From a virus (Duplodnaviria; Caudoviricetes), in the IMG/VR virus record IMGVR_UViG_3300005323_000367, positions 1 through 48,968 of that record: a DNA stretch of 48,968 bases, one strand, 5' to 3'. Both the position numbers and the translations under genes were made by a program. The notes under the pieces were generated by a model, which had not been told where the DNA came from, did no database searches, and saw only the letters and a list, made by a program, of their open reading frames with translations. The stretch's first letter is position 1. The number at the start of each line of letters is the position of its first letter. Positions 38,447-47,321 of this stretch are shown piece by piece.

Positions 38447-39022
38447 TTAGCTCGTGAATCGTCTGTGCGTCAACACAGGCGATTTTTCTTGCATATAATC
38501 ATTTACTTTAAGGCCATATTTTACTTCTAATTCCTGCATCAAATTCAATGTCGAATTACTTCTTGCACTAAGTTTTATTACTACTTCCTTAAGAACCAAC
38601 TGTTCTTCTTCTGTTAAATCTGCTCCACAATTTTTATCTAACAACATGAATGGTAAATCACTCATTATTATCATGACTTCTTTATCTTGCTTCTTCAGTC
38701 GGAGAATCATAGATTGAATATGCCGATCTACCTTTTGGTATCCAAACAACCAATCAAATCCTGTACTCTCCATTGCAACCGCAGCGGCCGCAATTAAATT
38801 TTTACTAGAAAATTGTTGTCGTGCTTTTTTAGGTAAACTACGTAAATCCTGCATGGCTCCATATAAGTGGCTGGCAGAGCATTGCAATTCCATGGCAATT
38901 GCTTTTGGTGGTTGATCACAAGCCATTATTGCCAACTGAATCATGTCGCCAACGCTATCAATCATAGGAACATCGATCACTTTCACCCCTCCTTGTGTAA
39001 AAGATATAACCCTTTTATACAA
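38447..39022 (-). CDS. HTH-containing early regulator (start likely near 38986)
   Basis: PPKAIAMELQCSASHLY helix-turn-helix-like segment; AGGAGG at about 38990. Confidence 0.55.
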   Translation of the reverse strand: MYKRVISFTQGGVKVIDVPMIDSVGDMIQLAIMACDQPPKAIAMELQCSASHLYGAMQDLRSLPKKARQQFSSKNLIAAAAVAMESTGFDWLFGYQKVDRHIQSMILRLKKQDKEVMIIMSDLPFMLLDKNCGADLTEEEQLVLKEVVIKLSARSNSTLNLMQELEVKYGLKVNDYMQEKSPVLTHRRFTS

Positions 39023-39240
39023 TAAGTCCTGATATACTTAACATCAGAGGACGCTTCTTAGCTTCTACACCCCCTTTACCGCCTGTCCATTGGACGGGCT
39101 TTCTTTTTTAATTCATTGCCATCCATACTAGTAATAAAAACATCATGATTGCCAAACAATAAGTTTCTATCCTTTGTTTGAATTCTTCACGCTTTTTTGC
39201 TGAAAAGTTAAATCTAACATTTTGCAATTCTCTCACAGTC

Positions 39241-39393
39241 TCACCTCGCTTCCGCTTCTTTAACTGGCGGTCTACTTCTTAGAACAATCCGTAGAGCTTC
39301 TTTACATCGTTCGGGATCGGGTTCATAAATGCGTTCATATGTAATCAACCTACGACCTACCTTGCAAATTTCAATAGAGCTTTTTGTTGCCAT
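39241..39393 (-). CDS. Small basic protein (50 aa, not in ORF track)
   Basis: MATKSSIEICKVGRRLITYERIYEPDPERCKEALRIVL...; RBS AAGGAGGTG. Confidence 0.65.
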   Translation of the reverse strand: MATKSSIEICKVGRRLITYERIYEPDPERCKEALRIVLRSRPPVKEAEAR

Positions 39394-39486
39394 GCTTTCT
39401 CACCTCCTTACGCTGTTCTTTTACAAATTAATACAGGGATATTTTTCTTATTGTCGAATCCATCCTTTGAGGGGATTCGTTTTGCA

Positions 39487-39687
39487 ATGTCAGAACATCC
39501 AAATCGTTTACTTGATAAGGAAGATGAAATAACAACCGATGAAGGAATCACTGAATTAGAAATATCTAAAGAGATGCGCACTATAATTGCCGAAGAGGCT
39601 ATTATTGAAACTGTTGCTGCAATGATTGAACGTAACAATCAAGTCTTGTTACAACATCTAATAAAGCTTGGCGTTGTTCCGGGTTAG
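39487..39687 (+). CDS. Small acidic antisense-oriented protein
   Basis: MSEHPNR...AAMIERNNQVLL; GAGGGG RBS and sigma-H-like promoter upstream. Confidence 0.55.
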   Translation: MSEHPNRLLDKEDEITTDEGITELEISKEMRTIIAEEAIIETVAAMIERNNQVLLQHLIKLGVVPG

Positions 39688-39844
39688 TAGCATTTTCGAT
39701 ATGCTTTTGAATTCTTGATTTTCTCCATTTTGCCAACTGAATAGATTCATTGATTCGTCCTAATGAATGTGGCTGTCCCTCGAGTTGCTGCTTGAGATCA
39801 GCCACTTCCTTTTCAAAATCAACAACACGTTGTTCTAAACTCAA
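39602..39844 (-). CDS. Coiled-coil hypothetical protein after cro
   Basis: TTG start with GGGAGGGTG RBS. Confidence 0.55.
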   Translation of the reverse strand: MSLEQRVVDFEKEVADLKQQLEGQPHSLGRINESIQLAKWRKSRIQKHIENATNPEQRQALLDVVTRLDCYVQSLQQQFQ

Positions 39845-39860
39845 TTTCTCACCCTCCCTT

Positions 39861-40115
39861 CTAACTAGCCTGAGGCTTTGGATTAATACAGCAGGTTTCG
39901 TCTCGAGGGCTATTACCTACTAATAAGTCAATTACAGTTATTCCCAATGCTATTGCTATTTTTTCTAAAGTTTCTATCGTAGGGCTGTTTTGCCCAGATT
40001 CAATATAATGAATTGACGATTGAGAAATATTTGCTTTTTGCGATAATTGTTTTTGTGATATCCCAAGGAAATCGCGCTTTTTCTTTATTTCTTCTCCGAC
40101 TGCCATTTGTTTCAC
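39861..40115 (-). CDS. Cro-like XRE regulator
   Basis: ISQKQLSQKANISQSSIHYIESGQNSPT. Confidence 0.9.
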   Translation of the reverse strand: MKQMAVGEEIKKKRDFLGISQKQLSQKANISQSSIHYIESGQNSPTIETLEKIAIALGITVIDLLVGNSPRDETCCINPKPQAS

Positions 40116-40125
40116 CGCCCTTTAT

Positions 40126-40230
40126 ATCATTATTCTGAATTAATTTCATTATAATGATATAAATATTAAATGTCAATCATTATTTTGATATGACAAATAC
40201 TTTTTTTAGAGTTATAATCAGAATAATGAT
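40126..40230. promoter_or_regulatory. Lysis/lysogeny switch: divergent promoters and four operators
   Basis: ATCA-N6-TGAT-like sites at 40126, 40145, 40176, 40217; leftward TTGACA-17-TATAAT (40176-40148); rightward ATGACA-17-TATAAT (40190-40218). Confidence 0.85.
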
Positions 40231-40244
40231 AGGAAGGTGTTTTT

Positions 40245-40646
40245 ATGAGTTTATCTGACGATATTGGGCTTCGTTTAAAGAAAATACGGCTCGAAAAAGA
40301 TATGAAAATAGCAGAAGTGGCTGAAAAAGCAAATATAGCTCAATCTTCATTAAGCTATATTGAAAATGGCACAAACTCTCCTAGTGTGAAAACCTTTGAG
40401 GCTATATGTAACGCTTTAGGGGTAAAACCATCTAATATATTTACTGACCCCAACGCTGAAGCTGTACAAAAAATAGATGACGCTCTCGAAGATCAAGACC
40501 CAGAACTCCTAGAGTTTTGGCTAGAAACAAAAAAACGCCCTGACCTGCAAATATTTCTAAAGCAGGTTAAGAGCGTATCGCCTAAGGCTATTAGGCAGAT
40601 GATGGCTATTATTAAGGCTATTGAGGATGAGGAGGAAAATGAATAA
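40245..40646 (+). CDS. CI/ImmR-like XRE repressor
   Basis: AEVAEKANIAQSSLSYIENGTNSPS; no S24 autoprotease domain. Confidence 0.9.
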   Translation: MSLSDDIGLRLKKIRLEKDMKIAEVAEKANIAQSSLSYIENGTNSPSVKTFEAICNALGVKPSNIFTDPNAEAVQKIDDALEDQDPELLEFWLETKKRPDLQIFLKQVKSVSPKAIRQMMAIIKAIEDEEENE

Positions 40647-40647
40647 T

Positions 40648-40962
40648 ATGTCAACTGAAACTTTTGAAAAACTGGTATTGGAGCAATTAGCAGAACTATC
40701 AAAAGGACAACGTGAATTACAAAACGATGTATCCAATATTAAAGGTCAACTTGAAGAGACAAATCAAATAACGAGGTCGTTGCTTCACCGCACTGAAGAA
40801 CTTGACGCTAAGTTTGATGGATTATTGCATAATACAGCAAGCAAGGATTCTATAGCTCACCTTGAAAGTAAAATGGAGAGAATGGCGGGAGACATTAATT
40901 TCTTAGTCCGTAAAGCCGCTGAGCATGAAGATGATATTCGCAATTTGAGATTAATCAAATAA
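40648..40962 (+). CDS. Coiled-coil protein 1
   Basis: GAGGAGG RBS, heptad pattern, ends HEDDIRNLRLIK. Confidence 0.7.
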   Translation: MSTETFEKLVLEQLAELSKGQRELQNDVSNIKGQLEETNQITRSLLHRTEELDAKFDGLLHNTASKDSIAHLESKMERMAGDINFLVRKAAEHEDDIRNLRLIK

Positions 40963-40969
40963 CAAGGGC

Positions 40970-41344
40970 GTGATAACAATGGAAGAACTATTAAAACAAC
41001 TGCTTGAAGGCCAGAAACAGATAATAGAAAGTCAAAATAAGTTAGAGCAATCTAACGAAAAACTGTCCACCGACATTCGAAGTGTAAAATTAGATTTTGC
41101 ACGTATGGAACAAGAAGTTGGTAGGAAAACAGGATTATTACTTGATGGTTGGACACAACATCAAGAACGCTTTTCTGTATTAGAAGAAGGAATCGGGGAA
41201 ATTGGAGAAACCCTAGAACGTATTGATTTAACAATGGTAAAAATATCTTCTATTCAAGGAAAACAATCAAATATCCTGGACACGCTCTCAGTCAGATCTG
41301 TTGAGCAAGAAGCTGAAATTAGAAGTTTTAAAATTGTAAAATAA
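40970..41344 (+). CDS. Coiled-coil protein 2 (apparent paralogue)
   Basis: MEELLKQLLEGQKQ..., ends QEAEIRSFKIVK. Confidence 0.7.
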   Translation: MITMEELLKQLLEGQKQIIESQNKLEQSNEKLSTDIRSVKLDFARMEQEVGRKTGLLLDGWTQHQERFSVLEEGIGEIGETLERIDLTMVKISSIQGKQSNILDTLSVRSVEQEAEIRSFKIVK

Positions 41345-41356
41345 AGTAGTTTTTAT

Positions 41357-41378
41357 AACACGGCATGCGCCGTGTTTT
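41357..41378 (+). terminator. Intrinsic terminator-like hairpin
   Basis: aacacggc-atgc-gccgtgtttt. Confidence 0.6.
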
Positions 41379-41405
41379 CGTGTTTTTAGCACCATTCGAC
41401 AGGAA

Positions 41406-41753
41406 GTGATGTTTTATACTATGAATCGTAACAATTCGATAATTTCAGCTATTTTATCACAAGGCAATGTAAATGAAATATTAACTGCTCATGATATTCG
41501 TACCCATGTTGTCATTATGGATGCCAGTATACACGCTTTTGTTTATAAATCACGTAAGGGTAAATATCACGTTATTGGCAATGCCCATCTCTCCCCCACT
41601 GCTTTGAAAAAAGTATTCTTTCATGAATTGAAGCATATTCTTGTGGACATGCCTTCTATGGGGTATTGGGTGGGAATTGACCAACAAAGGCATGAGATTG
41701 AGCAGGAAGCAGACATGTTTTATAGAGTTGTTGGAATGTCTGGCACTAACTAA
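41406..41753 (+). CDS. ImmA/IrrE-family metalloprotease (antirepressor)
   Basis: FFHELKH HExxH and EQEADMF. Confidence 0.82.
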   Translation: MMFYTMNRNNSIISAILSQGNVNEILTAHDIRTHVVIMDASIHAFVYKSRKGKYHVIGNAHLSPTALKKVFFHELKHILVDMPSMGYWVGIDQQRHEIEQEADMFYRVVGMSGTN

Positions 41754-41769
41754 AGAAAGGAGCATATTT

Positions 41770-42927
41770 ATGAATTTTGAAGAAGAAGTTCAAAGACTTT
41801 CGGCCCAAATCCAGCAAAGGAAAAACCATATCAACAATGAGGAAATGACTAAACATTCACTAATAATACCATTCATACAACTGCTCGGATTTGATGTTTT
41901 CAATCCACTAGAGGTTCATCCTGAATACACAGCCGACTTCGGTAAGAAGAAGGGCGAAAAAGTGGATTATGCGGTATTTAAGAATAATAAAATTATCATG
42001 TTCATTGAGGCAAAGCCTGTTGGGAGCAGACTTGATAATCACAATGCTCAATTAAGCCGTTATTTCAACTCTACTCCAGAATTGAAACTGGCCATTATAA
42101 CGGATGGTGTTAAATATAATTTTTTCTCAGATGTTAAGCAACTAAATATAATGGACACTACCCCTTTCTTTGAAATTGATTTTGCCTCTCTTTCCAAGTC
42201 AGATATACAAACGCTATCACAATTCAGAAAAAACAATATTGAAAATAGTGTTATTTCTAAATTAGCAGAAGAGTTATCATCTGTAATTTCAATACAAGAA
42301 GTATTACGAGATTTATTCAATGAACCATCCGATGAGTTTATAAGATTCATTATTAAGCAAACTGGTAAAATAAGATTAACAAATGGTGCTATTGATAGGT
42401 ACCGCCCATTAGTAAAAGAATCTTTATTATCAACGCTATCGGAAATATTTAATGAAATAAGCAAAGAAGTATTGCAGACAAATTCAACAAAATCTACGAG
42501 AAATACCCCTAAACCAACCCACTCTATTGAACCTTCATCATGCCAAGTAATCCAAGAGCAACCGATGAAAGAACCATCCAGAGAAGAAATGTATGAAATA
42601 GAACAGCGTATATTTTCACGGGTAGAAAAAGTATTGCTAAACAATGGGAACGACATCTCTATGCTTAGTTTTGAGTTATCTCCCGATGAACTTATTTTTA
42701 TATTTAATGATTGTAGATTTTTAAGTTTTAAATCGAGCGATCAATGCCAGTTTTTTTCCGATATTGATGCTCCCATGGCTAGTGAACTGTGCCCTTGCTA
42801 TAAGATATCAAACAAAAATGAGTCTAGCGTAGTTACGTTTAATTCCCCTGCTGATATTGGCAATATGAAGCAATTTATTATAGCTAGCTTAGAATATAGC
42901 TTGAAAAATAATTCTTGTTTACAATAA
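41770..42927 (+). CDS. HsdR_N-like PD-(D/E)XK nuclease domain protein
   Basis: NEEMTKHSLIIPFIQLLGFDVFNP, GEKVDYA, FIEAK, QLSRYF; RBS AAGGAG before 41770. Confidence 0.85.
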   Translation: MNFEEEVQRLSAQIQQRKNHINNEEMTKHSLIIPFIQLLGFDVFNPLEVHPEYTADFGKKKGEKVDYAVFKNNKIIMFIEAKPVGSRLDNHNAQLSRYFNSTPELKLAIITDGVKYNFFSDVKQLNIMDTTPFFEIDFASLSKSDIQTLSQFRKNNIENSVISKLAEELSSVISIQEVLRDLFNEPSDEFIRFIIKQTGKIRLTNGAIDRYRPLVKESLLSTLSEIFNEISKEVLQTNSTKSTRNTPKPTHSIEPSSCQVIQEQPMKEPSREEMYEIEQRIFSRVEKVLLNNGNDISMLSFELSPDELIFIFNDCRFLSFKSSDQCQFFSDIDAPMASELCPCYKISNKNESSVVTFNSPADIGNMKQFIIASLEYSLKNNSCLQ

Positions 42928-43062
42928 TATTCCTTAGATAGTTGGAGAATGATAAATGTTTAATTTAAAAATTGGACGAATTTATTTTATGTTGCTTTAA
43001 GCTAGGAAATAATTGTAGAGCTGAGTGGATAGCGGAGGAATTAATAACATGGAGGATTTCTT

Positions 43063-43230
43063 ATGCAACGGCTAATAGGAGTTATTATCGGGGCCATATG
43101 TGGCGGTTTTCTAGGATATCACGAGATTGGTCATATCGGTTTTATCCCTGGGATAATTATAGGAGGTATTGGAGAATATTACACGCCAGAAACAGCTACA
43201 GTTGTATCGAATTTACTCCAGTATCTATAA
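43063..43230 (+). CDS. Glycine-zipper membrane peptide (55 aa, not in ORF track)
   Basis: MQRLIGVIIGAICGGFLGYHEIGHIGFIPGIIIGGIG...; GGAGG RBS. Confidence 0.7.
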   Translation: MQRLIGVIIGAICGGFLGYHEIGHIGFIPGIIIGGIGEYYTPETATVVSNLLQYL

Positions 43231-43367
43231 CAGTTTTCCCATTTTGGAAAATGATTATTATATAAAAAGATCTACCTACATTGTGCTTTTAATGCTCAAT
43301 ATATAGCTTGTAGGGTTTTAAAGACCATAATAAAAATAGAGACTATACAAGAATAAAAAACAGGAGT

Positions 43368-43976
43368 GTGTACACTATGAAAAAAATTTTACTATGCCTA
43401 TTCGCCCTATTATTCATTGCAAATATTTGTTTTGCAGCAGAAACAAACCTAACAAGCGATGAACCAAAAGCAGAGAACAAAAAAACTACTGTGGCCCTTC
43501 TTTATGTTAATAATGCTAAAGCTACGTATGATGATGAACTTAGTAGCAAAATGATGGCGAACTTCAATTCTTTATTAAAAAATTACACTGTAATCCCTGG
43601 TGGGCGTTATATTGAACTCTTAAATAAAACTGGAATAGCAGATATCACTACTGCTGAACGTACTGATATTGTTGAAGTATTCAAAGGTGAAAATATTGAT
43701 TATGTATTATTTGCTGAGCTGCAACCTTTTGTAAGAAAAGAACGGATCACCTTCTTTACTTATGGCATTGACATAACAGCTATAGTGCCAATAAAAATTA
43801 TTGATTTAAAAGGCAATAAATATCTGTACAATGGTAAATTTACCGAATTTGCATCAGACAGTTCAATGATTGGCGGAATTGGCAATAAATCCGTATCCAT
43901 AACTGCATTAGATAAAGTTATCGAAAAAATGAATGCTGTAATTAAGGTTCGCTTACCGATTGCTACAGAAGGATAA
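43368..43976 (+). CDS. Secreted alpha/beta protein, paralogue A (CsgG/TolB-N-like topology inferred)
   Basis: Signal peptide MKKILLCLFALLFIANICFA; VALLYVNNAKATYDDEL. Confidence 0.75.
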   Translation: MYTMKKILLCLFALLFIANICFAAETNLTSDEPKAENKKTTVALLYVNNAKATYDDELSSKMMANFNSLLKNYTVIPGGRYIELLNKTGIADITTAERTDIVEVFKGENIDYVLFAELQPFVRKERITFFTYGIDITAIVPIKIIDLKGNKYLYNGKFTEFASDSSMIGGIGNKSVSITALDKVIEKMNAVIKVRLPIATEG

Positions 43977-44560
43977 TGTTTATGTCTAATGTAAAAAGAA
44001 TTATGCTAGTGATAATATGCTTATTATCACTAGCATTCCCTATAAATCATACCTTTGCACAAGAAAGAACCAAAGCAACCATCTCTATTATCTTTATTAA
44101 TAGTGCCCGAACTACTTACGATGATGAGCTTACCAATAAAATTAACGTTTGGTTCGATGGAAAAGTAAACGGTATATATAATGTCATTCCAAGTAACCAT
44201 CCATTGGCTAAATTGAAGGAACTCGGTTTTGAAGACATTGGAATGGCTGAAAAGAAAGATTTACTGGATGCTTTTTCCGATATCCACACTGATTATATTA
44301 TTTTCGCCCAACTACAACCCTTTATCCGAAAGGAAAGAATCACCTTATTTACTTATGGAAAAGATATGACAGCCAATATGGTTCTTAAAATATTAGACGT
44401 ATCGAATGCTAAATATCTATATAATGGCAAGTTTATTATAAAAGGCTCTGATACTACTACTGATTGGTTTATTGGCAATAAATCTGTAGCATTAAAAGCT
44501 ATTGATAGTGTTTTGGTTGAAATGGGAGAAATTATATCATTTAAGTTACCCCTGCAATAA
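43976..44560 (+). CDS. Secreted alpha/beta protein, paralogue B
   Basis: Signal peptide; shares TYDDEL, LQPFxRKERIT, KYLYNGKF, IGNKSV with paralogue A. Confidence 0.75.
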   Translation: MFMSNVKRIMLVIICLLSLAFPINHTFAQERTKATISIIFINSARTTYDDELTNKINVWFDGKVNGIYNVIPSNHPLAKLKELGFEDIGMAEKKDLLDAFSDIHTDYIIFAQLQPFIRKERITLFTYGKDMTANMVLKILDVSNAKYLYNGKFIIKGSDTTTDWFIGNKSVALKAIDSVLVEMGEIISFKLPLQ

Positions 44561-44621
44561 TAGTATGTCCGTATGGGGCATTTCTATTATAAATAATGAT
44601 AATTACTTTTTGTAAAAGGAC

Positions 44622-44957
44622 ATGATTATTATGAAATCAACAAAAAAAATATACCTACACTTCTTCTTAATTTTATTCTTCGCCGCTAGCCTAATATCCA
44701 TCCCCACCCCTGCCCTCTCCCATCAGCCAATAATAGCAACTCAACTAGCCTACCTCGACGATTGCTCCGGCGACACTCTTAGACCCGCTATTCCTCAATC
44801 AGAAGGTGCTTACGTTGCCAACTCCAATACTGGTAAGTTTCATTATGCTAGTTGCCGTTGGGTAGGTAAGATGTCCGAGAGCCATAAGGTGTTCTATGAT
44901 AGCCGTGAGGAAGCTGCTGGGGATGGGTATGTGGCTTGTAAGGTTTGTAGGCCGTGA
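44622..44957 (+). CDS. Secreted protein with Ada-type metal-binding domain
   Basis: Signal peptide; YVANSNTGKFHYASC...GYVACKVCRP. Confidence 0.8.
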   Translation: MIIMKSTKKIYLHFFLILFFAASLISIPTPALSHQPIIATQLAYLDDCSGDTLRPAIPQSEGAYVANSNTGKFHYASCRWVGKMSESHKVFYDSREEAAGDGYVACKVCRP

Positions 44958-44975
44958 AAATAGAAGGATGATTAT

Positions 44976-45149
44976 ATGACCGAAATTAAATGCCCTAAAT
45001 GTAATGGAACAAATTTTGTAAGTAATCAGAAATATTGGGATGATTATGACTATATGGAACAAACATATCCGTCTGGAGAAATGATAGAAAAACAATTGAA
45101 ACGACGTGGATTAAGCCCCACAGTTCCTTGCCCTAGTTGTAAAAAATAA
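44976..45149 (+). CDS. Small zinc-ribbon protein (57 aa, not in ORF track)
   Basis: MTEIKCPKCNG...PCPSCKK; AAGGA RBS. Confidence 0.6.
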   Translation: MTEIKCPKCNGTNFVSNQKYWDDYDYMEQTYPSGEMIEKQLKRRGLSPTVPCPSCKK

Positions 45150-45163
45150 ATTAAATTTAGGAG

Positions 45164-46162
45164 ATGAAATTAGTGAGTTTAAAAGATATTTTAATTATGG
45201 AAGTTCCTTCTGTAGCAATGAAAGACATTCTAAAGCTTCATAAAGTGAAATCGCAAGGAATATCAGTGGAACAGTATGCCGATGCATTACTCTCCGATAA
45301 CAAAACGGCGATTATCGCACCTGCTCTTGCTGATGAATTTAAATTCGCAGGAAAAACAGTTGTTAATCTATGCCTTCCAACAACTGGAATAGACAAGTTT
45401 TTAATGAATAAAGATGACTTAAAGAGAAAATTAATAGAAATACATGGCAATGATATTTTTAAAAATCGTAAAAGAACAGCGCTTTCCTTAGAACCTGTTC
45501 CCATAAGAGCCTATGATTTAGATAGTAAAATATACATTGAGTATTCTTATCAAGGAAACGAACAACGATTTATCGAAAACTTTGAACTTAAAAAACGCCG
45601 CCCTCAATTAATAAATTATGTTATTGTTCACTTCAATCCATTTATGATTGAAGTTCGGTCAAGTGCAGAAGAACGTACTAAGTTCTTAGCTGCTTTTATT
45701 GAGACGTTGGGCCTTGATCAAACAAATGTTCAATGGATATATGACAGTATTTTAGGTGAAACTGAAATAAACCTTCTTGCTGATAAATTGTCAGCAAGTC
45801 TTAAGGGGGCAAAACATAAAATGACAAATGGGATATATGATACGGTTGAAGTTAAAGCTAACACTCAAGTATCTGATTTAAGCCAAGAAAAACAATATCA
45901 AAATCAATTTAAAGGTATTCCTGCTGAAACAAGAAATTTCCGTTTTATTCATTATCACTCATTAGGTTTTCAGCAAAATGTGAGTTTAACCATTACACGA
46001 AAAGGAGGACTCTGGTTTCGCACCACTATAGGTGAAGAAGTAATTAGCTGTGTTGTAAATGCAATTTCTGAAATTCGAAAACAACTTAAAATACAAAATC
46101 ATTCTCTAGTTATACAGAGTGATGAAAGCACTTCATCTTCTAAAAAAACAGTTAATCTTTAA
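45164..46162 (+). CDS. Hypothetical protein, gene 1 of candidate defence operon
   Basis: 332 aa, AGGAG RBS, AT-rich; no motif recognised. Confidence 0.7.
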   Translation: MKLVSLKDILIMEVPSVAMKDILKLHKVKSQGISVEQYADALLSDNKTAIIAPALADEFKFAGKTVVNLCLPTTGIDKFLMNKDDLKRKLIEIHGNDIFKNRKRTALSLEPVPIRAYDLDSKIYIEYSYQGNEQRFIENFELKKRRPQLINYVIVHFNPFMIEVRSSAEERTKFLAAFIETLGLDQTNVQWIYDSILGETEINLLADKLSASLKGAKHKMTNGIYDTVEVKANTQVSDLSQEKQYQNQFKGIPAETRNFRFIHYHSLGFQQNVSLTITRKGGLWFRTTIGEEVISCVVNAISEIRKQLKIQNHSLVIQSDESTSSSKKTVNL

Positions 46163-46238
46163 ATATTGGAAGGATTTCACTTCATTTTAGCGAAGATTAC
46201 TATATTAATCACGTAATAATGGAAAAGGAGGATCATGT

Positions 46239-46604
46239 ATGAATATTTTTGAAGTTGATGATTTGTTAGAGCAAATGGCCATGCAAAATATCCAACACTT
46301 TTCTCCTTATTATCTATGTCATCAACTCAATATCACTAGCGTTGAAGATATCACTAACTATTTGTTAACACTAGTTAACAAAAAACTGATAGCGTATTAT
46401 GAAATTCAGTGTCCTGAAGGACATAGTGACTATGCAGTTACAGATCCAACCCAAATAATCATTGATGAACGAGAATGCGAATTTTGTGGAAATCAATATA
46501 CGCCAGATCCTAACGATATTTGGATTACATTCGATTTTACTGAATACTACTTAAATCATGTCAAAAAAAATACCAAACTTTCCGATACGTACCTTATCTC
46601 CTAA
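46239..46604 (+). CDS. wHTH plus zinc-ribbon protein, gene 2 of candidate defence operon
   Basis: CPEGH and CEFC; AAGGAGG RBS. Confidence 0.7.
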   Translation: MNIFEVDDLLEQMAMQNIQHFSPYYLCHQLNITSVEDITNYLLTLVNKKLIAYYEIQCPEGHSDYAVTDPTQIIIDERECEFCGNQYTPDPNDIWITFDFTEYYLNHVKKNTKLSDTYLIS

Positions 46605-47256
46605 CGACAAGATAGAAACTGTTAATTATAGTACAGTCAAACAACTACCCAAATTTCGTGAATATGAGGAATTACTAAAAAAATATTGTGCAGATCCAGA
46701 ACAACTAAAAAATCTATTTGCCAAAGTTGAAAGCACTCTAGAACAGTTTAGAATACAGTGCAAATCTACCTGGCCAAAAGGTAAACCTAAAACTATTACA
46801 AGCAAAAATGTCGGCGATACATTAGAATCATTAGCACATTATATTTTTTCTTGTACTAATAATATATTCCTTCCCAAAGGTTCTTGGGCAAATGATATTA
46901 GCCAGTTTGACAATATTTTGTATTTAACTTGCCACGAATGTTTTCTAATTGATTGGAAGACCTATACTATTGTTGAATGCAAAAATTGGAGTCATCCTTT
47001 GGACAAACAAGGGGTAAATGATTTTATTGCCAAAATTAGAGATTCTAAGCATAATATTGGGATTATCTTTTCGCGCGAAGGAATTACAGGAAAAGAAGAT
47101 TATCGTGATGCCCAAGGAAAACTTCTTTTGGCAGCCAATGAAGGTATTATTGTGATAATTATTGATGATAAAGATTTGAACTCTTTAATAAATGGAAAGA
47201 ATGTTTTTGAACTATTAGAACAAAAATATTTTGAAAGACGATTATCCCCAGCTTAA
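46558..47256 (+). CDS. Mrr-like PD-(D/E)XK endonuclease, gene 3 of candidate defence operon
   Basis: GDTLESL, QFD, IVECKNW, GIIFSREGITG. Confidence 0.8.
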   Translation: MSKKIPNFPIRTLSPNDKIETVNYSTVKQLPKFREYEELLKKYCADPEQLKNLFAKVESTLEQFRIQCKSTWPKGKPKTITSKNVGDTLESLAHYIFSCTNNIFLPKGSWANDISQFDNILYLTCHECFLIDWKTYTIVECKNWSHPLDKQGVNDFIAKIRDSKHNIGIIFSREGITGKEDYRDAQGKLLLAANEGIIVIIIDDKDLNSLINGKNVFELLEQKYFERRLSPA

Positions 47257-47275
47257 AGCGGCCTAGCCGCTTTTT
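47255..47275 (+). terminator. Intrinsic terminator
   Basis: aaagcggc-cta-gccgcttttt. Confidence 0.75.
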
Positions 47276-47321
47276 AATTTACTTTTTAAACAGAACATAC
47301 GTACTGGAAGGATTTGATATC

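Noticed and set aside
41641-41769. N-terminal extension of the HsdR-N ORF
   Set aside because: Overlaps immA; RBS supports a start at 41770
42060-42656. 198-aa minus strand ORF
   Set aside because: Antisense shadow of the HsdR-N gene
42972-43265. 97-aa ORF from the track
   Set aside because: The overlapping frame 43063-43230 has a strong RBS and a coherent glycine-zipper sequence
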